Positions 16,410-24,910 of a stretch of 32,000 nt of DNA are shown here, in pieces (position 1 is the stretch's first letter; each line of letters starts with the position of its first letter). The notes under the pieces are model-generated. The model worked only from the letters and a program-made list of their open reading frames with translations, had not been told where the DNA came from and made no database searches. The stretch spans positions 2,610,001 to 2,642,000 of the forward strand of contig OW818675.1 of the NCBI GenBank assembly GCA_942493095.1, given 5' to 3'. The position numbers and the translations under genes are program-made. Origin of the DNA: Candidatus Electronema halotolerans. GTDB lineage: Bacteria > Desulfobacterota > Desulfobulbia > Desulfobulbales > Desulfobulbaceae.

Positions 16410-17353
16410 GGCTTCTTTGCCTTGTCTTGGAGCAGGCGGTTGAAATCAGGCGGCAGGCCTTTGAAGATGATGCCCGGCTCCTGCACCGTGCCGTTGAGCG
16501 TGAACGGCATCTTGTCCTGCCGGAGCTGCCGCTTGAGCATGTTGACCACCATTGGGCTGCCGAGCGAGGCGAGAAATTCCGGGCGGGGCAGGACAGCTCC
16601 TTGCAGCTGCACCGGTGAGCGGAAGACTGGCTCGGTCAGCCGGAGACTGCCGGCAAATTCCGCTGCCAGCAGCTTGGACTCCAACGTGCCGTCTTGCAGC
16701 CGCAAGGTCCCGCCCTGCTTGCTCACCTTGCTGCTGACCGCTGCAAAGGCCAGCTCCTTCATGCCCAAGACCGGCTCCTGCAAACTGACCGTGCCCTTGC
16801 TGACCGTGACCTTGCCCTCCAAGACTGCGAACAGGCCCTGCCGCCGATCCTGCCGACCGGCAAAGCTGGCCGAGAGGGTGCCGGAGAGCTTGCGCTTATA
16901 GGCGGCCAGCACCTTTTTCAGGCCTGGGCTGTCCAAACGGATGCCGCTGACCTCGCCGCTGTATTGCAGATTCTGCTTATCCTTGGTCAGGCCCAAGTTG
17001 CCGCTGATGCTGCCGTCCAAGAGGCGCACCGTGTAGCGCACCGACCATCTGCCGGTCTTTTGCCAGCCTGCCAGATCAGGCCGCAGGCTGATGCTTTCGG
17101 CAATAAAGAGCGGCTCTTTGCCTCCTTTCTCGCTGATGCTGATCTGGCTGAACCGGATATCCGCAGGCAAGGTCAGGCTGATGCCGCCGATTTGCCAGGC
17201 AAAGGCGGGCAGGAGCTGATTCAGTTCCGCCTCAGCCTTGGCTTTGACTGCCGCCTCTGGAAACTGGAGCCAGAGCATGAGCAGCAGCACGGCTGCGGTG
17301 TAGAGCAGATAGCCGAAGAGAGCACGGCCCGGCACAAGCTGGCGCAGCCGCAT
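16406..17353 (-). CDS. gspN: T2SS protein GspN-like
   Basis: 315-aa ORF with a single N-terminal TM helix and a periplasmic body. Its position between gspM and gspC fits GspN, and its stop overlaps the gspC start. The call rests mainly on context and general resemblance. Confidence 0.6.
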   Translation of the reverse strand: MRLRQLVPGRALFGYLLYTAAVLLLMLWLQFPEAAVKAKAEAELNQLLPAFAWQIGGISLTLPADIRFSQISISEKGGKEPLFIAESISLRPDLAGWQKTGRWSVRYTVRLLDGSISGNLGLTKDKQNLQYSGEVSGIRLDSPGLKKVLAAYKRKLSGTLSASFAGRQDRRQGLFAVLEGKVTVSKGTVSLQEPVLGMKELAFAAVSSKVSKQGGTLRLQDGTLESKLLAAEFAGSLRLTEPVFRSPVQLQGAVLPRPEFLASLGSPMVVNMLKRQLRQDKMPFTLNGTVQEPGIIFKGLPPDFNRLLQDKAKKP

Positions 17354-17356
17354 GAC

Positions 17357-17896
17357 TCAGTCTCCGCCCTCTCCAGCCTGCACCAGACTGACCACCCGCA
17401 GCACCGCATCCAGCCCGCCCTGCTCCTTTTTATTAGTTATGATGGCGATGCGCTCGACCGCAACAATCTGCTCCGGCACTTCGATCAGCTCCAGCAGGGC
17501 CACGAGCCGGTCCAAAGGCACGCCTTGCAGCTTCATCTCCACAGCCACTTGGCGCAGCTCGCCCTCCTCGTCCGTGTTGGAGGGTTTTATATAGAGGATG
17601 TTCTCCTTGACCTGCGCCTGCTCCCCTTTCTGCTCCAAAAAGGAAAACAGGCTGAACGAGGGCGAACGCCGGGCCACCCGTTCCCCCAAGCTGCTGCTCT
17701 GGCTGCTGACCTGCCGGACTTCCTGCTGCATGAGCCGCATGTCGAGCAAGGCCTTTTCCCGGCTGGCAATGCCGCGCAGCAGCTGCCTGCGCTCATCCAT
17801 GAGCGGAAACAAAATAAATTGAACCACGGCGAAGAGCAGCAGGGCGGTCGCGCAGATGATCAAAGCGCGGCGGTCTTTCTGACTGAGCTGGCGCAT
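17357..17896 (-). CDS. gspM: T2SS protein GspM
   Basis: 179-aa ORF with one TM helix (ALIICATALLLFAVVQFILFPL) followed by a coiled and ferredoxin-like region. Its start overlaps the gspL stop (TGATG). Confidence 0.7.
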   Translation of the reverse strand: MRQLSQKDRRALIICATALLLFAVVQFILFPLMDERRQLLRGIASREKALLDMRLMQQEVRQVSSQSSSLGERVARRSPSFSLFSFLEQKGEQAQVKENILYIKPSNTDEEGELRQVAVEMKLQGVPLDRLVALLELIEVPEQIVAVERIAIITNKKEQGGLDAVLRVVSLVQAGEGGD

Positions 17897-19437
17897 CAGG
17901 AGCCACTCTCTGTTTTCAGCTTGAGCCGGATGTCAAAGAGAATGCCCTCGTCATTCTTGCCCTTGACCGATGAGGCGATATCTGCTCCGGCATAGCGGTC
18001 CGAGCTGCTGAGAAGACTCTGCATGGTGTAAACACTGTTGAAGGTGTCTGTGCTGCCTTTGATGATGACTGAATTTTGATCAATCACGAGCTGCTTGACC
18101 TGAAGCTGCATCGAGGCTGGAATGCGGGCCGAGATGTCAGCAAGAATGGAGAGAACTCGTTGCTCATTCGTAAAGAGCGGCATGGCCCCTGCCGAGCTGT
18201 CCACGCTCTTGAGCCGGGATTGCATGTGGATGTAGGGATCAGGTCCAGGTGTGACACCGGGAAAGCTCTCTTTGAATACCTGCTCCATGTTGCCTGCCAA
18301 GGCGGCCTGCTGTTTTGTCAGCCGCTGCTGCTCCATGATGAGCCAGCCGCAGCCAAGCAGCAGGGCCAAGCCGACAGCGGCGGCAAGAATGGTGAGCTGC
18401 TTTTTGGAGCGGAGCAGATGCCGGGACGGAGCCAGCTCGCCTTGGCGGAAATTCAGGCCATGCTCTTTGCCCCGGCGGCCTGTCTGCTGCAAGGCCAAGG
18501 CCAAGGCTTTGTCGTGCAGAGCCGCCTGCCATGTCAGAGCCGCCGCTTTGCTCAGGCTGGCCGCGCCGTCCCGGACCAGATCACAGGTCCTGCCGGGCAG
18601 GTCCAAGGCGGCTTCCATTTTTGCCAGCAGTTCCGGGCAGAGTTGGGCCGGGCCAGTCAGGACAAAATAATCAGGCCGAGCTGTCATCTCCTTACTGCTG
18701 TGCAAGGCGAAATACTCCAGACTGCGCAGAATCTGGGCGCAGAGGCGGCGTACTGCCGCCTCTGCCGCTTCCGGCTCGGTCATGCTCAGGCTGCCGTCCT
18801 CCTGATAGACAAACAGGGCCTGCGTGAACACATCATCCGGCCAAGCAAGCCGTCGCATGAAAATGATTTCGCCCTGCCAGGCGAGCACGAGCTGGATGCC
18901 GCTGAGGTCGCCGTGCAGGAGGAGGAATTTGTCGCCAGTATGCTTGGTCCGGCAGAGCCGATCTGCCAAGGCATGAACTGCCGGGCAGATGCTGTCCGGC
19001 TCCAGCCCGGCCTTGCCGCAGGCTGCAAGCTGATAGAGCAGCAGTCCCTTTTCTGCGGCAGCGGCAATCAGGCTGGTGCCGTCAGCATCGGCAGCCGCCA
19101 AGGCAGTGGTGATGATCAGCTCTTCCGCAGGCTGGAGCAGTTGCTCTTCCAGCTCAAAGGGGAGGACCTGCCGGACTTTCTTCTCATCCGTGAAGGGCAG
19201 GGTCAGATTGCGCAGGCTCAGGCAGGACAGGGAAATGCCGACAGCGCAGTGATCCGCCTTGCTGCTGCCCAATTGTTCCAAGAGCAGCGGCAATTCTTCA
19301 GCAAGATCAACCTCGGCGGCAGAACGGAAAACATGCTGGGCGCAGGAGAGAACTTGGGCATCCCGGCCTGTGCCGGAGACCAGCACCGCACTGAGCAGGT
19401 CGTCGCCAATATCTATGCCTGCGGCGAGCTGGGCCAT
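17896..19437 (-). CDS. gspL: T2SS protein GspL (PilM-like cytoplasmic domain, TM helix, PilN-like periplasmic domain)
   Basis: 513-aa ORF. The N-terminus GIDIGDDLLSAVLV is an actin/PilM-like fold motif. A central TM helix (LTILAAAVGLALLLGCGWLI) is followed by a periplasmic C-terminal domain. Confidence 0.75.
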   Translation of the reverse strand: MAQLAAGIDIGDDLLSAVLVSGTGRDAQVLSCAQHVFRSAAEVDLAEELPLLLEQLGSSKADHCAVGISLSCLSLRNLTLPFTDEKKVRQVLPFELEEQLLQPAEELIITTALAAADADGTSLIAAAAEKGLLLYQLAACGKAGLEPDSICPAVHALADRLCRTKHTGDKFLLLHGDLSGIQLVLAWQGEIIFMRRLAWPDDVFTQALFVYQEDGSLSMTEPEAAEAAVRRLCAQILRSLEYFALHSSKEMTARPDYFVLTGPAQLCPELLAKMEAALDLPGRTCDLVRDGAASLSKAAALTWQAALHDKALALALQQTGRRGKEHGLNFRQGELAPSRHLLRSKKQLTILAAAVGLALLLGCGWLIMEQQRLTKQQAALAGNMEQVFKESFPGVTPGPDPYIHMQSRLKSVDSSAGAMPLFTNEQRVLSILADISARIPASMQLQVKQLVIDQNSVIIKGSTDTFNSVYTMQSLLSSSDRYAGADIASSVKGKNDEGILFDIRLKLKTESGS

Positions 19438-19440
19438 GCG

Positions 19441-20523
19441 TCAATTCACCTTCCACCAGAGCAGTTCCTGCTCTTGGGTGCTGAGGCGGTGGAGCAGGCC
19501 CTCGCCGCTGCGCTGCAAGCCCTTGTATTCGGCAGTCACTTTGACCTTGAACCACGTGCTGCTGACCGTGAGCAAATCCTGATCCAAGCTGATGTCGCCG
19601 GGCCAGCCAGGCACCTGCTTGTACCAGTCCGCCTGCTCCAGCTTGTCCTTGTTCGCCTCATCCTGCCGGAACTCGACCAAACTGGCAGCCAGTTCCTTAG
19701 TCATCTGCTCATGCAGCGCGTGCAGGACCAAGGGCGGAGCCGTGTTGATGTTGATCTTGCCTTCATTGCCAGCAGCAGTCAGATAGGTCATAATATTGAT
19801 GGCAGGCTGATCACTGTCCGTCTCTTCCTGACCGCCCAGAACCTTTTTCCAGCCTTTGACCAAAAGCAGCTCGTCGGTCAGCATGACTGGCCGGTTGGCT
19901 GCTTTATAGGACGGTGACTGGCTGCTGTAGTAACCAAGTTCCGCCCCGTTTTCCCGCTCCTCATCATCAGTGTCAATCCAGTCAGCCAAGCTGTCTAAGA
20001 GAGTGACAATTTCCGTCTCATCCTCCAATCCGGCAGCGCGGAGAAAACGCTGCCACAGCTCGCGCTGCTGCTTTTCCTTGTCTTTTTTTTGCAGAGTATT
20101 TGCTTTTTTATCTTTTTTCTTCTGCGCTGCAATTTTTTTATTTTCCAAATCTTGGGCCTTTTTTTCCTCCGCAGTCAGCACCAGCGCATTGACTTGGAGC
20201 AGGCCGGACAGGTCCGTGATTTCAATATTCATGGTGCCGCCGGGAAAGAGCGCGGTCACGGCTTCATTATCCAAACTGCCCCAGCTGTCAAAGGCGGAAT
20301 CCTGCTTATTTTCCTGCTGGTCCGCCAGCAGCGCGGCCTGAGCCAGATGGAGGCCGGAAAGGAGCATGGCATCCAACTGCACCAGATCGCCCTGATTGGC
20401 GGCAGCCTGCATCTGCCAGTTCACTGAGCTGCTGAGATGCACGGTCACGGCCACCATGAAGCTGACTGCCAGCAAAGTCAGAATCAGGGCCATGCCGGAG
20501 CGGTCACGCAGCATCGTCTTCAT
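19441..20523 (-). CDS. gspK: T2SS minor pseudopilin GspK
   Basis: 360-aa ORF. The N-terminus RSGMALILTLLAVSFM lacks Glu5, which is typical of GspK. The motif KININTAPPLVLHAL is present. Confidence 0.85.
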   Translation of the reverse strand: MKTMLRDRSGMALILTLLAVSFMVAVTVHLSSSVNWQMQAAANQGDLVQLDAMLLSGLHLAQAALLADQQENKQDSAFDSWGSLDNEAVTALFPGGTMNIEITDLSGLLQVNALVLTAEEKKAQDLENKKIAAQKKKDKKANTLQKKDKEKQQRELWQRFLRAAGLEDETEIVTLLDSLADWIDTDDEERENGAELGYYSSQSPSYKAANRPVMLTDELLLVKGWKKVLGGQEETDSDQPAINIMTYLTAAGNEGKININTAPPLVLHALHEQMTKELAASLVEFRQDEANKDKLEQADWYKQVPGWPGDISLDQDLLTVSSTWFKVKVTAEYKGLQRSGEGLLHRLSTQEQELLWWKVN

Positions 20524-21190
20524 CCTCTGGCCGGATCAGGCCGACTGGCAGGAGCATGGTGCTCTGAAAAACAATGGTGCTTTCCTCCTCCATATCCAAC
20601 CAGAATTCCAGCCGACAGGAGACCGCCGCAGGCAGGCGGCGTTTTTTGTCCGGCTCCTCAGTGCTGGGAGTTGTGTCCCAGCTTTCCAGCTCTTCGCCGT
20701 TGCGGTCAAGAAAGGTGAACGTGACCGAGCGCAGCCGGTCGGAAAGAAGAAAGGCTTCGGTCTCTGGGCTGCCTGCATCTTTGTCTTGGGGCCGGTGCAG
20801 TCGGTCAGCCCGCAGCAGGAGCAGTTGCCGCCCATCTTCCTTGTCTGGCTGGACAGCATAGCTGATCAGGCCCAAACCGGGCTGGCTGTTTTCCGGGTCA
20901 AAGTCCAGATGGGCGAGCGAGGCAAAGGAGAGGAGAATGCGCTGGCCGCTGCTGCTGTTCTCCTGCCCGCCAATGAATTCAAGATCATCAGGCAGCATGG
21001 CGGAATTGAGATCCTCGCTGATCCGCTCAAAAGCGACCTGCGCCCGGTAATAAAGATCGCCCTGATCCATTGAGCCTTCCATGACCTTGATCGAGCCGGA
21101 CAGCGACATGGACACGGTCGCCACCACCATGCCGAGAATCAGCATGGCCAGCATGATTTCCAGCAGGGTGAAACCGGCCTTGCTGCTCAC
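20504..21190 (-). CDS. gspJ: T2SS minor pseudopilin GspJ
   Basis: 228-aa ORF with the prepilin leader MSSKAG|FTLLEIMLAMLILG. Its start overlaps the gspI stop. Confidence 0.85.
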   Translation of the reverse strand: MSSKAGFTLLEIMLAMLILGMVVATVSMSLSGSIKVMEGSMDQGDLYYRAQVAFERISEDLNSAMLPDDLEFIGGQENSSSGQRILLSFASLAHLDFDPENSQPGLGLISYAVQPDKEDGRQLLLLRADRLHRPQDKDAGSPETEAFLLSDRLRSVTFTFLDRNGEELESWDTTPSTEEPDKKRRLPAAVSCRLEFWLDMEEESTIVFQSTMLLPVGLIRPEDEDDAA

Positions 21191-21630
21191 GGCTGCTCCT
21201 CCGCAGGCTCAATCTTGGCCATCATCACCGTGCGGACAGTGAAATTCTCCTTCTCATCCCGGCTCACGGTCAGCTCAACGGATTTCAGCATCCCGCCGCT
21301 GCCCTTGATGCCGACTTCATCTTCAGTCAGTTCTGTGACCTCAGCCTGCCAATGATAGGCGGCAAAATCGTCCTCAAAATCACCGCTGCCGCTGCTCAGG
21401 CTGTCAAAGCCGCTCAGTTCCAGTTCAGCCAGCTTCTGCCGGGACAGCAGGGCGGCTGCGCTTTCAAAACGGGAGCGGGCGGCAATGGACAGGCTCTGCG
21501 ACTGAGCCGAAAGCAGGGCAGTAAAGGACATGGCGATCACCGCCACTGCGATCATCACTTCTAGCAGGGTGAAAGCGCGTTCCTGCTTGAACGCGGCCAA
21601 ATGCTTATTGTTCGAGCAGGATGCGGTCAT
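21187..21630 (-). CDS. gspI: T2SS minor pseudopilin GspI (start uncertain)
   Basis: The ORF spans 21187-21672. The pseudopilin N-terminus is ...KQERA|FTLLEVMIAVAVIA. Candidate starts are ATG 21630, which overlaps gspH by 26 nt, and TTG 21600, which lies 4 nt after the gspH stop and would give a 9-aa leader. Confidence 0.7.
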   Translation of the reverse strand: MTASCSNNKHLAAFKQERAFTLLEVMIAVAVIAMSFTALLSAQSQSLSIAARSRFESAAALLSRQKLAELELSGFDSLSSGSGDFEDDFAAYHWQAEVTELTEDEVGIKGSGGMLKSVELTVSRDEKENFTVRTVMMAKIEPAEEQP

Positions 21631-22129
21631 CGTCCAAGGAAACATGGCCTTCCACAATTCTGGCCAAGCCAAGAAAGGGGGAAAGGAGCACGGTCAGCTC
21701 GTCGCCATTGTCCTGACGGAAATGAACGGCTGTCCGGTCGGTGTAGCCGCGCTGGTCAAAGAGAATGGTCAGATCAGGGTTGGCCTCGCGATGGGCGGCA
21801 TCAATGTCTGTGACCTCAACAGAAGCAGCCAGCCGCACTTGGCCGTATTGTTTTTCACTGATCATCCCCTCTGTCCCGGCAGGCGCGGCAGTGAAGCGGT
21901 GTTCGTCCTGGTCAAAACGGAGCAGCACGGCTGTCCGCTGCTGCCGGGCCTCCTGCGCCGCTTCCGTTGCCAGACCGACAAACCGGCGGGCCGCTGATTT
22001 CAGCTCATCGGCAAAAAGGGAGGAACGGATATTGGGCATGGCAAAAGCGGCGGTCAGGCTGATCAGAACCATGACCACGATCAGCTCCACCAAGGTGAAG
22101 CCGTGCTCACAGCTCCCAGCTGTTGACAT
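21605..22129 (-). CDS. gspH: T2SS minor pseudopilin GspH
   Basis: The ORF spans 21605-22261. A start at ATG 22129 gives the leader [10 protein letters not shown]|[15 protein letters not shown]. This overlaps the gspG 3' end by 23 nt. Confidence 0.8.
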   Translation of the reverse strand: MSTAGSCEHGFTLVELIVVMVLISLTAAFAMPNIRSSLFADELKSAARRFVGLATEAAQEARQQRTAVLLRFDQDEHRFTAAPAGTEGMISEKQYGQVRLAASVEVTDIDAAHREANPDLTILFDQRGYTDRTAVHFRQDNGDELTVLLSPFLGLARIVEGHVSLDDDRILLEQ

Positions 22130-22556
22130 CCGCATTATCGCCTTCGCCGCCCGGCTCGCCGTCCGCGCCATAGGACATGATGTCAAAATCGCTGTGCAGG
22201 CCGGGCGAGATATAAATGTAGTCGTTGTCCCACGGATCTTTAGGAGCTGCATTTTTGTCAAGATAGGGGCCTTTCCAGTTTTTGGCCAAGGTTCCTGTTG
22301 AAGGCGGCTCGCTCAGTGCCATCAGACCCTGCTCAGTGCTCGGATATTTGCCAGTGTCCAATTTGTAGAGCTTGAGAGCCTGCTCCAGCGCGCCGATGTC
22401 CGCGCCTGCCTTGGTGCGCCGGGCCTGCTCAGGCCGGTCCATGATTCTCGGCACAATCATGCCTGCGAGAATGCCGAGAATGACAATCACCACCATCAGC
22501 TCAATCAGAGTGAAGCCGCGCTGGCCCGCAGCCCCTGTCAGTTTTGTTTGTTTCAC
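22107..22556 (-). CDS. gspG: T2SS major pseudopilin GspG
   Basis: The ORF spans 22107-22682. A start at GTG 22556 has AAGGA 7 nt upstream and gives the leader (M)[13 protein letters not shown]|[18 protein letters not shown]. The conserved C-terminal region reads [28 protein letters not shown]. Confidence 0.9.
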   Translation of the reverse strand: MKQTKLTGAAGQRGFTLIELMVVIVILGILAGMIVPRIMDRPEQARRTKAGADIGALEQALKLYKLDTGKYPSTEQGLMALSEPPSTGTLAKNWKGPYLDKNAAPKDPWDNDYIYISPGLHSDFDIMSYGADGEPGGEGDNADVNSWEL

Positions 22557-22702
22557 CTGTCTGTCCTTGGTTGCAAAAGAAATCACTGGTCCGGCCTTGA
22601 CAAAACAGGCTGGACTTTTTTCCGGTTTTATGGCAGTAATAACCAGCCGCACTGGCAGAAGCCGCTGCCGTCCGGTCTGCATCTTACCATATCTCAGCCA
22701 TC

Positions 22703-23041
22703 ATGAAATCGGAAACAGAGGAAAAAAACACGGTGAACCTGCAAGGAAAACAGAAGAGCTTCCTGCGCGGCATCGGCCATCAGCTTGAGCCGGTGGTGTA
22801 TCTGGGCAAAGAAGGACTGACCGCTAACGTGGTCAAGGCTGCCCGCGAAGCCTTCAAGACCCGCGAATTGATCAAAGTGAAAATAGGGCAGAACTGCGCC
22901 CTGTCTGCGGACCAAGCTGCAGCTGACCTTGCTGAACAGACCGGCGCGGTTGTGGCGCAACGCATCGGCAGAACCCTGCTTCTTTATCTGCCCAACAAAA
23001 AACTCAAGCCGGAGCAGCGTATCTGTCTGCCGAAAGAATGA
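22703..23041 (+). CDS. yhbY: YhbY-type CRM-domain RNA-binding protein (ribosome assembly)
   Basis: 112-aa ORF. It aligns by eye along its length with E. coli YhbY (LxGKQKxxLRGxxHxLxPVVxLGKxGLT...ELIKVKI...IGRTLLLY). Confidence 0.85.
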   Translation: MKSETEEKNTVNLQGKQKSFLRGIGHQLEPVVYLGKEGLTANVVKAAREAFKTRELIKVKIGQNCALSADQAAADLAEQTGAVVAQRIGRTLLLYLPNKKLKPEQRICLPKE

Positions 23042-23050
23042 CTCCGCACC

Positions 23051-23647
23051 CTATTCTTTCTTTTCCGCCTTCAGTTCCTCCAGCTTCCTCTCCAGCGTCG
23101 GGATGAGCTGATCCTGCGGAATGCCCTTGAACTGCTCCATGTAGTTGCGCACCAAGCTGATCCCTTCAACCACCACATCATAGACCATCCATGTCTCGCC
23201 CTTGAGCATCATGATGTAGGAGACAGGGATGCTCTTGGCCTCCTCAACAAACATGGTCTTGACCTCAGCCCGGTCGCCTGCCAGCCGCTCCTTGCCAAAC
23301 TCAATCTTCATCTCCACATAAGCATCGACCTTGTCAATATAGACATGGCCGAGAAGTTTGGCAAACAGATCAGCAAAGGCTTTCTGCTGGGCTGGGGGCA
23401 GGTTACGCCACGGCCTGCCCACCACCCGTTTGGACATTTCCAGAAAATCAAAATGCTGCGAGACCAAGGCCACAATCCGGTCAATCCGGTTGTCAACCGT
23501 GTCATTTTTAAAAGACGGGTCTCTGAGCTGGGCCACGACCTTGTTGATGAAGGGCTTGACCTGCTCCGTGGGATTCGGTGCGGTCGCAGCTTGGCCTGTG
23601 CAGGAAAGCAGGAAAAAAATCAAAAAAAAACGGAGAACTGTTCTCAT
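23051..23647 (-). CDS. mlaC: MlaC/Ttg2D-family periplasmic lipid-binding protein
   Basis: The ORF spans 23051-23767. A start at ATG 23647 has AAGGTG upstream and gives a signal peptide (MRTVLRFFLIFFLLSCTGQA). The body is Tol-tolerance/MlaC-like, and the gene sits in the mla operon. Confidence 0.8.
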   Translation of the reverse strand: MRTVLRFFLIFFLLSCTGQAATAPNPTEQVKPFINKVVAQLRDPSFKNDTVDNRIDRIVALVSQHFDFLEMSKRVVGRPWRNLPPAQQKAFADLFAKLLGHVYIDKVDAYVEMKIEFGKERLAGDRAEVKTMFVEEAKSIPVSYIMMLKGETWMVYDVVVEGISLVRNYMEQFKGIPQDQLIPTLERKLEELKAEKKE

Positions 23648-23672
23648 TATGTTCACCTTATGGAAGACTGTT

Positions 23673-24440
23673 TCACAGTTTGTCATTTGCCGACGGCCTG
23701 GCATGATTCTGCCGGGTCTGGTCGCGGTACTGAAAATAGCTGTCCCGCAATGCCCTGTAAGGGTCAATGGTCAGCTCCTTGACTCCTTCGTAGTCGCCCA
23801 AGTGGAGGGAAAGGTTGTTCACTCTTCTGCCGGTGTAGATAAGCGCTCCCTCCTGCCAGGTGTTGGCGAAAAAATAATACGGAGTCATGGACAGGCCGTC
23901 AACCGTGGTGCCGAACAGCTCGCGCACTGTGGTCGCGCCCATCATTGGCATCACCAGATAAAAGCCGTCTTTCACGCCCCAGTATTGCAGGGTTTCCCCC
24001 AGCCCGGCATCAACCCGCTTGAAGCCGAACTCGCGGCCCGCCACATCCCCCAGTCCAGCCACGCCGCCAATGGTGTTGATGGCAAAGCGGGTCAGAACGG
24101 TGCCTGCGTCGGAAAAGCGGAACTGAAGCAAGGTGTTGACAAAGCGGACTGGCTCTTGCAGATTATAGCAGAAGTTGTCTGCTGCCTGGCGGATGTCTTC
24201 CGGGACGATCTCGCTGTAGTTGGAAGCGACCGGCTCCAGCACCCACGTGTAGGTGACATCGTTGAATTTGAACATCAGCCGGTTGAAGTCCTCGAACGGG
24301 TCCGGCACTGCGTCTTCCTGCGGCGCATCTTCGTAAAAGGCATCATCAAGAAAGTCAATATCTTCAGCCTGCGCCGCAGATGCGGCCAGAACAGCGGCAA
24401 AGAGGCAGAGCAGGCTCGACCGCAGGAGAAATCGCTTCAT
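23673..24440 (-). CDS. mlaA: MlaA/VacJ-family outer-membrane lipoprotein
   Basis: 255-aa ORF with a signal peptide. DPFEDFNRLMFKFND matches the VacJ signature (compare E. coli DPLEGFNRTMYNFN). Confidence 0.85.
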   Translation of the reverse strand: MKRFLLRSSLLCLFAAVLAASAAQAEDIDFLDDAFYEDAPQEDAVPDPFEDFNRLMFKFNDVTYTWVLEPVASNYSEIVPEDIRQAADNFCYNLQEPVRFVNTLLQFRFSDAGTVLTRFAINTIGGVAGLGDVAGREFGFKRVDAGLGETLQYWGVKDGFYLVMPMMGATTVRELFGTTVDGLSMTPYYFFANTWQEGALIYTGRRVNNLSLHLGDYEGVKELTIDPYRALRDSYFQYRDQTRQNHARPSANDKL

Positions 24441-24457
24441 CGTTTTGCTTTGACAAA

Positions 24458-24910
24458 TTATTTTACGCCGCCCAAGGCGAATTTGGAAATCAGCGACTCA
24501 ATATCCAAGGCTGACTCTGTGTCAACAATGGTTTCGCCCGCCTGATAATTTTCCACATCACCGCCTGGCAGGATGCGGATGAACTTGTCGCCAATGATGC
24601 CTTGGGATTTGACCGAGGCAATCGAGTCTTTGGGCACCGTCACGTCCTTGTTGAGCTTGAACGCGGCCACAGCCCGGCCCTCTTTGTTCAGGCGCAGTTC
24701 CGCCACTGAGCCGACTGTCACACCAGCGACCTGCACATCTGAACCGGCTCTGATCCCGGCAATGTTGTCAAAGGCTGCGTACAGGGTGTAGGTGCCGCCG
24801 CCGGTCAGCCATGAAACCTCGCCGAGCTGCACAGCCAGCCAGGCAAAGGCGGCCAAGCCTGCGACAAGAAAGATGCCGACCATGATTTCCACTTTGGAAC
24901 CAGTGTTCAT
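24458..24910 (-). CDS. mlaD: MlaD (MCE-domain) substrate-binding component
   Basis: 150-aa ORF with an N-terminal TM anchor and an MCE domain (..AFDNIAGIRAGSDVQVAGVTVGSV...). Its ATG overlaps the mlaF stop. Confidence 0.88.
   Translation of the reverse strand: MNTGSKVEIMVGIFLVAGLAAFAWLAVQLGEVSWLTGGGTYTLYAAFDNIAGIRAGSDVQVAGVTVGSVAELRLNKEGRAVAAFKLNKDVTVPKDSIASVKSQGIIGDKFIRILPGGDVENYQAGETIVDTESALDIESLISKFALGGVK

Noticed and set aside
18076-19917. 613-aa plus-strand ORF across gspL/gspK. Similar long plus-strand ORFs lie at 16694-17995, 13373-14626, 11733-12905, 23358-24545, 10442-11224, 10614-11432, 8984-9625 and 25252-25743.
   Set aside because: All are antisense to minus-strand genes with clear family signatures (GspE Walker motifs, the secretin domain, the MlaA signature and others). 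All lack RBSs and recognisable domains and have skewed R/Q/G/A/L composition.
22645-22670. Sigma54-like element CTGGCAG-N-CTGC upstream of yhbY
   Set aside because: The GG-to-GC spacing is off by one relative to TGGCAC-N5-TTGCW and the -12 element is poor. A sigma54 promoter is also not expected for yhbY.
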